NCBI GenBank assembly: GCA_963663805.2
Contig: CAXXMR010000012.1
Span: 352,001 to 416,000 of the forward strand
Direction of reading: 5' to 3'
Origin: Sedimentisphaerales bacterium
GTDB taxonomy: Bacteria; Planctomycetota; Phycisphaerae; Sedimentisphaerales; SM23-30
DNA: 64,000 bases
Position numbers and translations under genes: made by a program. Below, piece by piece: positions 1 through 9,952 of this stretch. The first letter of the stretch is position 1. Every line of letters starts with the position of its first letter. The notes under the pieces are model-generated. The model was not told where the DNA came from. It was given only the letters and a program-made list of their open reading frames with translations, and did no database searches.

Positions 1-7
1 TGCATAT

Positions 8-589
8 TTGTCCAAAGAGAAAAAATATCGCATACTGGAGATAGGCTGCGGAATAGGCGACAATGGACAATATGCAAAGAGCATGGGGATTTCATCGTTT
101 TACGCAGGCATTGAACTATTTGAAGATGCTGCCAGGCAAGCTTCCCAAAAAGTGGACGAAATAATATGTGGCAACGCTGAGATAATTAACTTGCCCTGGC
201 AGGATGAGTATTTTGATGTCTTATTTATGAGCGAAGTTCTGGAACATTTAGTAGATCCTGAGATATTTCTGAAAAGAATCTCTAGATATGTAAGAAAGGG
301 CGGCTTGGTTTTTGCCAGCTCTCCTAATGTATCTCATTATTCTGTGATAAAGATGTTAACTAAGGGCGATTGGATATTGGAAGCACAGGGTATTATGGAT
401 GAGACTCATTTACGCTGGTTTACACCAAAATCTTACAATAGATTATTCGTAGAATGCGGTTTTCAAGTAATCGATATAAGCCCGGTATCCAAATTTGGAA
501 TAAAAGCCAAGATTGCAGATACGCTAACACTTGGCGTTCTTCAACACATATTCTGGAGACAGATCAATTTGAAAGCGATAAAGCTTTAA
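8..589 (+). CDS. Class I SAM-dependent methyltransferase; the frame is open to the window edge, so the true start may lie upstream
   Basis: ILEIGCGIG motif I; FDVLFMSEVLEHLVDP; THLRWFT typical of glycan-locus methyltransferases. Confidence 0.85.
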   Translation: MSKEKKYRILEIGCGIGDNGQYAKSMGISSFYAGIELFEDAARQASQKVDEIICGNAEIINLPWQDEYFDVLFMSEVLEHLVDPEIFLKRISRYVRKGGLVFASSPNVSHYSVIKMLTKGDWILEAQGIMDETHLRWFTPKSYNRLFVECGFQVIDISPVSKFGIKAKIADTLTLGVLQHIFWRQINLKAIKL

Positions 590-1347
590 TGAACAGCTTG
601 GTCATAGCATCCGCAATCAATAATCAAGAGATTTTAGAAAACAATCTTCTACGATCTCCTTTATTGGCAAGAAATCAAGCCACTGTCTTCCTGCAAAAAG
701 ATTCTGAGTCTGCATCGAAAGCGTATAATCAAGTTTTAGACAAGGCAGATGCTGATTTAATAGTATTTGTGCATCAGGATGTTTATATCCCTTCTGGATG
801 GCATAATCGTCTTCAAAATGCAATATCTCAGATCGGCAAGCACCCCTGGGCCGTAATTGGCATAATTGGTAAGACTCATGAAGGTGAGGTTGTTGGTCGC
901 ACATGGTCAACTGGCATTGGGAGGGAAGTTGGCTGTCGAATTAATAGTCCTGAACCAGTAGAGTATATCGATGAACTTTTGATCGTCGTAAACAGAAAAA
1001 GCTGTATCGTCTTTGATGATGAGCTTCCAGGATTTCATTTATACGGAACAGATATTGTGCAGACGGCTCTCAGTAAAGGCTACAATGCATACGTGATCGA
1101 TGCTCCGGTGATTCATAACAGTTTACCATATGTAAAATTTGGAAAGGATTTTGTAATAGCTTACAAATACATGCAGAATAAATGGCGGAAATCACTGCCT
1201 CTAAATACCCTCGTTGCGAATATCACGCCCTGGGGTTGGTCCTTGAAGAAAAGATTAATTAAACAGCTCTTTAAGCAAGACCGTCGAGAATATCATAAGC
1301 GGCTGGACTATCCTGCTGAAAAGGCGAAAGAACTTGGATACGAATGA
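589..1347 (+). CDS. Glycosyltransferase family 2-like protein
   Basis: SASKAYN, FVHQDVY and GFHLYGTD motifs; ATG at 589 overlaps the upstream stop (TAATG). Confidence 0.8.
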   Translation: MNSLVIASAINNQEILENNLLRSPLLARNQATVFLQKDSESASKAYNQVLDKADADLIVFVHQDVYIPSGWHNRLQNAISQIGKHPWAVIGIIGKTHEGEVVGRTWSTGIGREVGCRINSPEPVEYIDELLIVVNRKSCIVFDDELPGFHLYGTDIVQTALSKGYNAYVIDAPVIHNSLPYVKFGKDFVIAYKYMQNKWRKSLPLNTLVANITPWGWSLKKRLIKQLFKQDRREYHKRLDYPAEKAKELGYE

Positions 1348-2731
1348 AAAGATAATTAATGTGCTCATCTTGGGCGCTTCATTTGATACTGGCAATCTGG
1401 GAGTTGCGGCATTGGCGTGGTCAACGATCAATCTGTTAAGAGAGGATTTCAAGAATTCTGAGATCAGTTTACTTGGAGGCAGGAAGATCACGTCTCACAA
1501 TATGGTAGTTGATGGGCAGGAAACAGAGATATTTAGTTATCCTGTGCGGTATTGCCGGAATCTACTGGCGGAAAATCATATCTGGAAGCTTTTTGCAGGG
1601 GTGCTGTTTGCCAGAGTTATTAGTTCTAAGTTATTACTTTTTAGTAAAAAAAGAAATCAAACGCTGCAAGCCTTGCTCCAGGCCGATATGATCTGTGATA
1701 TTACCGGCGGCGACAGCTTCAGTGATATATATGGAATGGGCAGATTCCTGCGGGGATATCTGCTCAAGCGGGTCTGCCAGATGACGGGCAAGCCTTTTGT
1801 CATGCTGCCCCAGACCTATGGACCCTTCAAATCCCCACTGACACGGTTGCTGGCAAAGCGAATTTTGAGGAAAGCGGCCAGGATATACTCGCGGGACCGG
1901 GAAGGTTTGGAAGTGGTGGAAAAGCTGATCGGCAAGTCGGACAAGGTGAGGCTGTGTCCGGATGTAGCATTTACTCTGGAGCCGAGGGCTCCGGTTTTCA
2001 GTTGTCAGTCATCAGTGATTAGAAGAATAAACAGTTCACAGTTATCAGAGGCTAATTCCCAGAATAATACAAATAAGAACTCAAAACTACAAACTACAAA
2101 CTATCAACTAAATACTAATAACTCAAAACTAACAACTAATAACTGCCAACTTGTTGGCCTAAACATCAGCGGCCTGCTCTACAACGGCGGCTATACCGGC
2201 AATAATGAATTTGGATTGAAGGTTGATTATCCTCGCCTGATGCGGGAGATTATAGAATATTTTACTTCACTGGAGAATACTTATATATTGCTGGCGGCAC
2301 ACGTAGTGTCTCAGGATTGGGAAACCGAAGATGATCTTAGAGCCTGCCGCAAGGTGCGGGAGAGCCTGCCGGAAGCAGTGCGTCAGAAGGTAATGATCGT
2401 AGAAACTGACGACAAGGGTAATTATTTTGATCAATGCGAGATAAAGTACCTGATCGGTCAATGTGATTTCTTCCTGGGCAGCCGGATGCACGCCACCATC
2501 GCGGCAATCTCTCTGGGAATCCCGACCGTCGGCCTGGCCTACAGTCGCAAATTCGCGGGGGTGTATGAAACCGCGGGAGTGGAGGATTGTGCGATGGATT
2601 TATGCGCAGAGGGAAATGCCCAAATTTTGAATCACGTCAAACGTATTTTTGATCGTCGAACAGTAATCCAAGAAAGATTAAAAGTAAAACATCCTAAGAT
2701 CAAGACCTGTATTCATGCAATATTCGACTAA
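1334..2731 (+). CDS. Polysaccharide pyruvyl transferase family protein with a low-complexity insertion
   Basis: TGNLGVAAL, GGDSFSDIYG, PQTYGPF, SRD, PDVAF, GSRMHATIAA, YSRKF. Confidence 0.9.
   Translation: MDTNEKIINVLILGASFDTGNLGVAALAWSTINLLREDFKNSEISLLGGRKITSHNMVVDGQETEIFSYPVRYCRNLLAENHIWKLFAGVLFARVISSKLLLFSKKRNQTLQALLQADMICDITGGDSFSDIYGMGRFLRGYLLKRVCQMTGKPFVMLPQTYGPFKSPLTRLLAKRILRKAARIYSRDREGLEVVEKLIGKSDKVRLCPDVAFTLEPRAPVFSCQSSVIRRINSSQLSEANSQNNTNKNSKLQTTNYQLNTNNSKLTTNNCQLVGLNISGLLYNGGYTGNNEFGLKVDYPRLMREIIEYFTSLENTYILLAAHVVSQDWETEDDLRACRKVRESLPEAVRQKVMIVETDDKGNYFDQCEIKYLIGQCDFFLGSRMHATIAAISLGIPTVGLAYSRKFAGVYETAGVEDCAMDLCAEGNAQILNHVKRIFDRRTVIQERLKVKHPKIKTCIHAIFD
1994..2151. repeat. Two arms of imperfect 7-nt tandem repeats in inverted orientation, in frame inside the CDS
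   Basis: gttttca gttgtca gtcatca gtgatta...gttcaca gttatca, then aactcaa aactaca aactaca aactatc aactaaa tactaat aactcaa aactaac aactaat aactgcc. Confidence 0.85.
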
Positions 2732-2814
2732 AAGGGACAGCCTTTTTATTATAACTTGTTAATGGGCATTTGAAGAAATCATTCAATTTTGACGGAGCAG
2801 GAACACAAACAAGA

Positions 2815-4120
2815 ATGAATCCAGCAACAATTACGCTATGCATCTTCTTAAGCTTGCTTATCTTGGCGATACCAAGAAAGATGTTTCTTTTGCCATTTAT
2901 TACAGCAGCTTGCCTAGTGCCAATGAATCAAAGGATTTATATATTAGATTTAGATTTCACCGTATTACGAATTGTTGTATTGTCAGGAATAATACGCATG
3001 GTCCTGAAGAATGAGATTCGTGATATACACTGGAACACGGTCGACAAATTGTTGTTCGCTTGGAATGGTCACTGGCAGCATTATATATGTTCTGCAATGG
3101 GGCGACATGCAAGCCTTTATTTACAAATGTGGGGTTATGTTTGATGCGATATGCATGTATTGGTTGTTTCGCCAAGCCATTCGCAGTTGGGATGATATCA
3201 TACAGATTATTTATTATTTTGCTTTATTTGCCATTGTCTCCGCTCCATTGATTATTGCTGAAAAGATTCGCCAGAGCAGTTTTTACGAAATATTTGGACC
3301 CGTTGGCGCTAAATTCCATCGCGGCCGCTTCCGCTGTGCCGGGCCTTTCCCGCATTATATCATGATGGGGGCTTTTTGGGCAAATCTGCTTCCTTTATAT
3401 TTTGGTGCGATTAAGGCCGGTTCTAATAAACTTGTATATGCAGGAGGCATCATTGGTGCGACACTTTGCACAATATATAGCGCATCAAGTACGGCATTTA
3501 TTACTATTGCGGCAATTATCATGTTTTGGAGTCTGTACCCTTGGCGCAAATATGGAAAACATATTTTGTTTGGCGTTTTGTGTTTATTGTTCATGTTACA
3601 TATGATCATGAAAGCGCCGGTATGGCATCTCATGGCGAGAGTAGACATTTTTAGCGGTTCAACGGGCTGGCATCGCTTTCATTTATTTGACATGTTTGTA
3701 AAACATGCCTCAGAATGGCTAGCATTAGGAACAAGGAGCACCGAATCGTGGGGGGAAGGATTGCATGACGTTACCAATCAATTTGTCCTAGAGGGCGTCC
3801 AAGGTGGATTGGCAACTTTAATCATATTTATTACACTGATCATTTTTGCCGTGTCAATACCGGGAAAGACGAGCCTATCCATTGTGCACAGCAAGAACCA
3901 TTGGCTTTCTTGGGCACTCTGCGTAGCAATGCTTGGGCATTCAGTAACATTCTGGGGAGTTTCTTATTTTGGCCAGATTATTATGCTTCTTTATCTTAAC
4001 TTTGCTATTGTTGCTTTTGTGCAGGACCAACGCAGATTGGTAATCCAACCTGCTAATAAATCAACAAGCACGGGTAGGCAAGGATGTCACAAATACATAA
4101 TTATCAGTGATCGCCGTTAA
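2815..4120 (+). pseudogene. O-antigen ligase/Wzy-like polytopic membrane protein split by a +1 frameshift near 3064 (real lesion or sequencing error)
   Basis: ORFs 2770..3144 and 3011..4120 join into one hydrophobic protein if one A is removed from tggaatggtc; RFRCAGPFPHYI, STGWHR, DVTNQF motifs. Confidence 0.7.
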
Positions 4121-4211
4121 ATACGTTTCCCCAACGATCTGCGGTCGGTTTTAGGCTACGCCTTTACAACTCTACATCGCCGTATTATGGTTATACGAAA
4201 CAGAAGGCATC

Positions 4212-5432
4212 ATGCTGAATAAATTTAAATCAGACTTACCTAAGGATTGGCAAGTACAAATACTTAGTACAATAGAAAGTATTGAAAACAATCGTCACAT
4301 TTGGGAGAGTCTGCATTCAAATGAGTCATATCCGATTATCAACGCAGATATAGACCGATATTTATCTGTCCTAAAGACTATGGACGAAAGCCATGAACCA
4401 TTCGTACTTCTTTTAAAACAAAACCAGCAAACAAAAGTGATTGTTGCAGGAAGAAAAGAATGCATGAGTATGCCTATACGCCTCGGATACAAAACATTCT
4501 TTAATGTAAGATTTAAAAGCTTAACGGTCGTCTATGGTGGAATTATTGGAAATCAAGACTCTAATATAACTAGATTACTTATCAATCAATTCCGAAGGCT
4601 TCTCTCGACTAAAGAAATCAATGTCATTTATTTTAATCACCTGTGCATAAGTTCTCTATTTTATCAACAGATAAAAGAATTGCCTTTTTATTCTCGCAAT
4701 CATTTCCCCGTATTACATATTCATTGGCGAATGTCGATACCAAAAAACATTGAAACTTTTTTCAAGACCCTTTCAAAAAAACATCGCGCAAATCTTCGTC
4801 GAGCCATCAGGAAATTCGAAGAAGAATACTCTGAGCAGATTGAATTACAGAATATTTGTGAAACAAACCATCTCGACAAAATAATAAGAGATACAGAATC
4901 AATATCTCTTAAAACCTATCAGCACGAGTTGAACGCCGGCTTTTCTAATAACACATTGATCCGTTCCATACTTAAGACTGATGCCGAAAAAAAGAGATTA
5001 TCATTGTCGTTGCTATATGTTGCCAATCGTCCTCTTGCTTTCCAGTGGGGCACAATATATAAAGACACTTATTTCTTGGAAAAAATAGGCTATGACCCCC
5101 AATGGTCCCAGTGGAGTATTGGAAATATATTATTTACCAAAAACCTTGAAAATCTCTGCGCAAAATCTCAAGTAAAGTTTATTGACTTTGGCTTTGGAGA
5201 TGCCAGTTACAAGGAAAGCTATTCAGATGAATCCTGGCCTGAAGCGGCAGCTACTTACATATATGCGTCTCGCCTTATTCCGTTGCTTATCAATCTGATC
5301 AACAGCATTAATTCCGGGCTCACATGCGGACTGACATGGTGCTTAAAAAAAACATATTTATCTGAACGGGCAAAAAGAATGTGGCGTAGAAAGTTAAAGA
5401 TGGCCGCAGAGAAAACCTCTTCAAGAGAATAG
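4212..5432 (+). CDS. GNAT-family (CelD/BcsL-like) acetyltransferase
   Basis: LSKKHRANLRR, GYDPQWSQWSIG, FIDFGFGDASYKE. Confidence 0.8.
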   Translation: MLNKFKSDLPKDWQVQILSTIESIENNRHIWESLHSNESYPIINADIDRYLSVLKTMDESHEPFVLLLKQNQQTKVIVAGRKECMSMPIRLGYKTFFNVRFKSLTVVYGGIIGNQDSNITRLLINQFRRLLSTKEINVIYFNHLCISSLFYQQIKELPFYSRNHFPVLHIHWRMSIPKNIETFFKTLSKKHRANLRRAIRKFEEEYSEQIELQNICETNHLDKIIRDTESISLKTYQHELNAGFSNNTLIRSILKTDAEKKRLSLSLLYVANRPLAFQWGTIYKDTYFLEKIGYDPQWSQWSIGNILFTKNLENLCAKSQVKFIDFGFGDASYKESYSDESWPEAAATYIYASRLIPLLINLINSINSGLTCGLTWCLKKTYLSERAKRMWRRKLKMAAEKTSSRE

Positions 5433-5573
5433 ATTGGACACGGAGATGTATCATTTGTTGCGTATTTCACCGTAACTGACATGCAATTGCCCAAATAAAA
5501 ATGCCATCAAACATTCCTGAATAATAAAGTGTTTGGCGGATTATTTGGCAAGTTGGCGATATAAGACAATCCT

Positions 5574-6551
5574 ATGACACAAGAAGTACCAGACTATACT
5601 GTAATCTCAATAATCATAGTCAACTGGAACACCTGCCAGGTGACCTGTGACTGCTTACGGTCGGTTTATGAGCAAACGGAAGGGATTGATTTTGAGGTTA
5701 TCCTGGTGGACAATGCTTCCACTGATGATTCTGTTGAGAGAACCAAGCAGAAATTCCCGCAGGTCATCTTGATCGAAAACACCGAAAACAAGGGGTTTGC
5801 CGCGGCAAACAATAAGGGGATGAAGATTGCCCGGGGCAGTTATATCCTTCTGCTCAACAGCGATACGGTAGTCCTGGACGAAGCCATACAGAAAACCCTA
5901 AAATTTGCTGATCAGCATCCAGACGCCGGGATAATCGGATGTCGGGTATTGAACCCGGATGGGAGTTTGCAACCGACGTGTTTTATGTATCCATCTATTC
6001 TCAACATGCTGTTGAGTACAGCTTATTTATACAAAATCTTCCCAAACAGCAAATTTTTCGGACGGGAGCGAATGACTTGGTGGCAGCGGGATGATGTGCG
6101 GGAGGTGGAGGTGGTTACCGGCTGTTTCATGCTGGTCCGCCGGGAGGCGATTGAACAAGTCGGCATGATGGATGAAAACTACTTTATGTATGGCGAAGAG
6201 ACTGACTGGTGTTGGCGGTTTAAACAGGTTGGCTGGAAAGTCATGTTTACTCCCCAGGCCCAGATTATCCATTTGGGGGGAGTGAGTAGCAGTCAGGTTC
6301 GTCCACAGATGCTTTTGCAGTTACGGGCCGGGATCTTACAGTTTTTCTATAAGCACAGACCTTATTCTGTATACCTGACGGCCTGCCTTTTAACCTCGCT
6401 GTGGTTTGGCATAAGAATAATACCATGGCTGATAAAGGCCGTAATTTCTAAGCATAACCGCCAGCAATGTCTGAAAATGGCCAAGACATATTTTCTGGGA
6501 TCGTTTAGAGCATTAAAAGGTTATAAGGCTCTGGAATTTAAACGCAGTTGA
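5574..6551 (+). CDS. Glycosyltransferase family 2
   Basis: ISIIIVNWN, VDNASTD, NKGFAAANN, LLNSD, YFMYGEETDWC. Confidence 0.92.
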   Translation: MTQEVPDYTVISIIIVNWNTCQVTCDCLRSVYEQTEGIDFEVILVDNASTDDSVERTKQKFPQVILIENTENKGFAAANNKGMKIARGSYILLLNSDTVVLDEAIQKTLKFADQHPDAGIIGCRVLNPDGSLQPTCFMYPSILNMLLSTAYLYKIFPNSKFFGRERMTWWQRDDVREVEVVTGCFMLVRREAIEQVGMMDENYFMYGEETDWCWRFKQVGWKVMFTPQAQIIHLGGVSSSQVRPQMLLQLRAGILQFFYKHRPYSVYLTACLLTSLWFGIRIIPWLIKAVISKHNRQQCLKMAKTYFLGSFRALKGYKALEFKRS

Positions 6552-6558
6552 TTACAAC

Positions 6559-7440
6559 ATGGCAACAGACCAAAACTATATAATCCTATCTCCCTGTTAT
6601 AATGAGCAGCATTATATTGAGTTTTCCATCAAATCAGCCTTATTGCAAACCCGGAAACCTCTTGGCTGGATAATTGTTGATGATGGATCCATGGACGCAA
6701 CGGCAGAAGTAATTAAAAGCTATGCGACAGAGCATAATTTTATCCAGTATTATTGCCGCAGAAAGCCTGAAGGGCAGGCCTATTTTGCCAGCAATGTACA
6801 GGCGATAATGGCAGGATACGACCAGATCAAACACCTGGATTTTTCGTACCTGGCGATTCTGGATGCGGATATCACGCTGCCGGAAGATTATTACGAAACT
6901 ATTATCTCGCGGATGGAACAGGACAAAGAGCTGGGCATTGCCAGCGGGATATATGAAAATCTGGTGGATGGCAGGCTCGAACCGGTGATAAATGACCGGC
7001 GAAGTACGCCCAAGGCGATCATGCTTTTTCGACGGGAATGCTTTGAGCAGATCGGCGGATTTCTGCCCCTGGCCTGGGGCGGTGAGGATACGGCGGCGTG
7101 CGTAACGGCCCGGATGAAGGGCTGGAAGGTGTGGTCTTTCCCTGATATTAAGGTTGTGCATCATCGGCCCACGGGAACGGGTAAAGCCGGGAAAGTCTTA
7201 AAAGTACGGCTGAACCAGGGCCGGGCGGAATGGGCTATGGGCAGCCACTGGCTGTTTGTGCTGATTAAGTGCGGCAAGCGGGCTCTGAAGGAAAAACCTT
7301 ATATTATCGGCGGGCTGTGCCGCTGGCTGGGCTTTCTGCAAGGGTGCTGGAGCAGAGAAAAGAGAATTGTTTCTGATGAGTTTGTAAAGTTTTTTCGTAA
7401 AGAGCAGTTAGGTAGAATTCTCAAGCTCAATCGTGTCTGA
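6559..7440 (+). CDS. Glycosyltransferase family 2
   Basis: PCYNE, VDDGSMD, ILDADI, GGED. Confidence 0.9.
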   Translation: MATDQNYIILSPCYNEQHYIEFSIKSALLQTRKPLGWIIVDDGSMDATAEVIKSYATEHNFIQYYCRRKPEGQAYFASNVQAIMAGYDQIKHLDFSYLAILDADITLPEDYYETIISRMEQDKELGIASGIYENLVDGRLEPVINDRRSTPKAIMLFRRECFEQIGGFLPLAWGGEDTAACVTARMKGWKVWSFPDIKVVHHRPTGTGKAGKVLKVRLNQGRAEWAMGSHWLFVLIKCGKRALKEKPYIIGGLCRWLGFLQGCWSREKRIVSDEFVKFFRKEQLGRILKLNRV

Positions 7441-7443
7441 ATA

Positions 7444-7911
7444 ATGATTATGAAAAAAACTAAAATCTGCCTGGCGGCCTCGGCCGGAGGGCATATCAGC
7501 CAGTTGCTCAAGCTCAATAAGGCCTGGGAAGGCCGTGAGTTTTTTTTCGTTACGACTACTGAGGTCCTGCGGGATAAGCTCCAGAAACAGGCCGCGGCTT
7601 ATGTGGTGGGTGAGTCTAACCGGCAGCATCCTCTTAAGGCCCTAGCGGTTCTTGGCCGGTGCATCAAGGTGATCCGGACCGAGAAACCGGCAGTGGTCAT
7701 CTCAACCGGGGCACTACATGGCTGTGTGATCTGCTACCTGGCGAAGATTCTCTGCGGAGCTAAGGTTGTTTGGGTTGACAGCATTACCAATGTCGCAAGG
7801 CCCAGCCTTTCCGGTCGGCTGGTTTACCGGATTGCGGATTTGTTCCTGGTGCAATGGCCGGAACTGCGGGAGGAATACCCCAGAGCGGAATTTGCCGGAT
7901 GCATCATCTAG
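7444..7911 (+). CDS. PssD/Cps14F (Alg14-like) glycosyltransferase subunit
   Basis: ASAGGH, VVISTGA, WVDS, FLVQWP. Confidence 0.88.
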   Translation: MIMKKTKICLAASAGGHISQLLKLNKAWEGREFFFVTTTEVLRDKLQKQAAAYVVGESNRQHPLKALAVLGRCIKVIRTEKPAVVISTGALHGCVICYLAKILCGAKVVWVDSITNVARPSLSGRLVYRIADLFLVQWPELREEYPRAEFAGCII

Positions 7912-8576
7912 TTTTTATCCTGTCGGCGGTTTTAATCGTGGGCCTGGCCTATTTTGCTGTACCCTGGCTGGCAGCCAGATGGCTCAAATTCCGCCTCAGA
8001 AGAGCATCTTCCGGTATAAAGCTTAGCTTTGATGACGGCCCGGGCTTGAGCAATACCCCCCTGCTGCTGAAAGCTCTGGACAATTATCCGCAGAAAGCCA
8101 GTTTTTATCTCCTGGGAAAACGGTCAGAGCAGCACCCGGAGATTGTCCGACAAATATCTGAGACAGGCCACGAAATATGTTCTCACGGCTATGAGCATTG
8201 CAACTATTGGAAGATCTCACCCTGGCGAGCGATCAAGGACATCCAAAAAGGCTGGCAGATCATCGATGCAGCTTTGGGCCGAACAAATAGAAACAAATAC
8301 CCTTTTCGCCCACCTTACGGCAAGATGACTTTGCCGGTGCTGGTATATCTGCTGATTAATAAGGTGCCGATCAGGTACTGGTCATTCGATTCTGGAGATA
8401 CTTTCGATAAATTACCGGATGTCAGTGATAAGGTCCGTGAACTAATAACCCAGAAAAAAGGGGTGGTGTTGCTGCATGATTTTGACCGGGATAATAGAGA
8501 GAGAAATGAGTTCGTGCTTTCTTTTGTTGAAGCAGCCCTGAATATTAAAGAAACTGACTCGGAAACTTCAGCCTGA
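7899..8576 (+). CDS. Polysaccharide deacetylase (CE4/NodB-like) with an N-terminal membrane anchor
   Basis: LSFDDGP, HGYEH, FRPPYG, VLLHD; ATG at 7899 precedes a hydrophobic segment. Confidence 0.88.
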   Translation: MHHLVFILSAVLIVGLAYFAVPWLAARWLKFRLRRASSGIKLSFDDGPGLSNTPLLLKALDNYPQKASFYLLGKRSEQHPEIVRQISETGHEICSHGYEHCNYWKISPWRAIKDIQKGWQIIDAALGRTNRNKYPFRPPYGKMTLPVLVYLLINKVPIRYWSFDSGDTFDKLPDVSDKVRELITQKKGVVLLHDFDRDNRERNEFVLSFVEAALNIKETDSETSA

Positions 8577-8595
8577 AACAAGAATAGAATAGTCA

Positions 8596-9075
8596 ATGAT
8601 TTTCTTAACCGTAGGCACACAGTTTCCGTTTGACCGGCTTATCAAGGCAGTAGATGAACTGGCCGCTGAGGGTTTGATTACTGATAAGATCATCGCCCAA
8701 GCCGGTAAATCCAAATATGCTCCCCGGCACTTTGAGGTTGTAGAAGCCCTGGATAAGGCGGCATTCGACCGGATGATTGAAAATTCAGCCGCAATCATCA
8801 GCCATGCGGGTATGGGTTCTATTGCCATGGCCCTGGAACACCACAAACCGCTGCTGGTGATGCCGCGTCTGGCACGGTACGGCGAAGTGGTCAACGACCA
8901 CCAAGTGGGTATCGCCCGGAAATTCGCCGAGGCGGGGCATCTGCTGGCAGCCATGGATGAAACGGAGCTGCCCAGGATAATCGGCCAGCTTAAAGACTTT
9001 GTGCCTAAACCGCGTGAGAACCAGGCGGAACAGGTGGCGGCGCGGATTCAGCGGTTTCTGGAGCAGGAGTGTTGA
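8596..9075 (+). CDS. PssE/Cps14G (Alg13-like, GT28 C-terminal) glycosyltransferase subunit
   Basis: MIFLTVGTQFPFDRL, ISHAGMGS, PR...GEVVNDHQ. Confidence 0.9.
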   Translation: MIFLTVGTQFPFDRLIKAVDELAAEGLITDKIIAQAGKSKYAPRHFEVVEALDKAAFDRMIENSAAIISHAGMGSIAMALEHHKPLLVMPRLARYGEVVNDHQVGIARKFAEAGHLLAAMDETELPRIIGQLKDFVPKPRENQAEQVAARIQRFLEQEC

Positions 9076-9125
9076 AACGTTGTTGGTTTGTCAGGTAAGT
9101 TTCTTAATATAATATTCTGGAGGTT

Positions 9126-9860
9126 ATGATGAAGGGTGTTATTTTAGCGGGTGGGTATGGGACGCGGTTGGCTCCTTTGACTCGGGTTACTAATAAGCAT
9201 TTGCTGCCGGTTTATAATAAGCCGATGATTTATTATCCGATCGAGTGTCTGGTGAATGCGGGCATTCGGGATATTATGGTGGTTACGGGCGGGAATAAGG
9301 CGGGAGATTTTCTGGAGCTTTTGGGTAACGGTAAGGAGTTTGGGCTGGGGGAACTGCATTACACATTTCAGGATGGAGCCGGTGGTATCGCTGAGGCGCT
9401 TAATCTTACCAGGGATTTTGTCGATGGCGATAAGGTGGTGGTGGTGCTAGGTGATAATATTATCGAGAATAATATTCGGCGGGCGGTGGCGGATTTCTTT
9501 ACGCAGCGGGAAGGGGCTAAGATTATGCTTAAAGAAGTGCCGGACCCGCAGCGATTCGGGGTGGCGGAAGTTGATGCCAGCGGTAAAGTCCTGAGTATCG
9601 AAGAAAAACCTAAGCAGCCCAAGAGTAATTACGCGGTAATCGGCATATATATGTTTGATGGTAAGGTTTTCGATATTATCGTTCAGCAAAAACCGTCAGA
9701 GCGCGGTGAAATGGAGATTACTGATGTGAACAATGCTTACCTAAAGCTGGGTACGCTTACCAGTGAGGTTCTGGACGGCTGGTGGACGGACGCCGGTACG
9801 TTGGAGTCGCTGCATCGGGCGACGATGATGGTGGCCGAAAGTGGCGCGAATAAAGTTTAA
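9126..9860 (+). CDS. rfbA: Glucose-1-phosphate thymidylyltransferase (short form)
   Basis: GVILAGGYGTRLAPLT, NKHLLPVY, LGDN, EEKP, RGEMEITD; directly upstream of rfbB. Confidence 0.88.
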   Translation: MMKGVILAGGYGTRLAPLTRVTNKHLLPVYNKPMIYYPIECLVNAGIRDIMVVTGGNKAGDFLELLGNGKEFGLGELHYTFQDGAGGIAEALNLTRDFVDGDKVVVVLGDNIIENNIRRAVADFFTQREGAKIMLKEVPDPQRFGVAEVDASGKVLSIEEKPKQPKSNYAVIGIYMFDGKVFDIIVQQKPSERGEMEITDVNNAYLKLGTLTSEVLDGWWTDAGTLESLHRATMMVAESGANKV

Positions 9861-9952
9861 GAAGTAGTTGAGGGAGTTGAGGGAGATAAGGCATATTTGT
9901 TGGATTCATATATCAAGTCAATAAAGATAAATATGAAAGATGTGGTAAGGAA

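Noticed and set aside
9866..9891. agttgaggg tandem between rfbA and rfbB
   Set aside because: Only two and a half units; too short to interpret.
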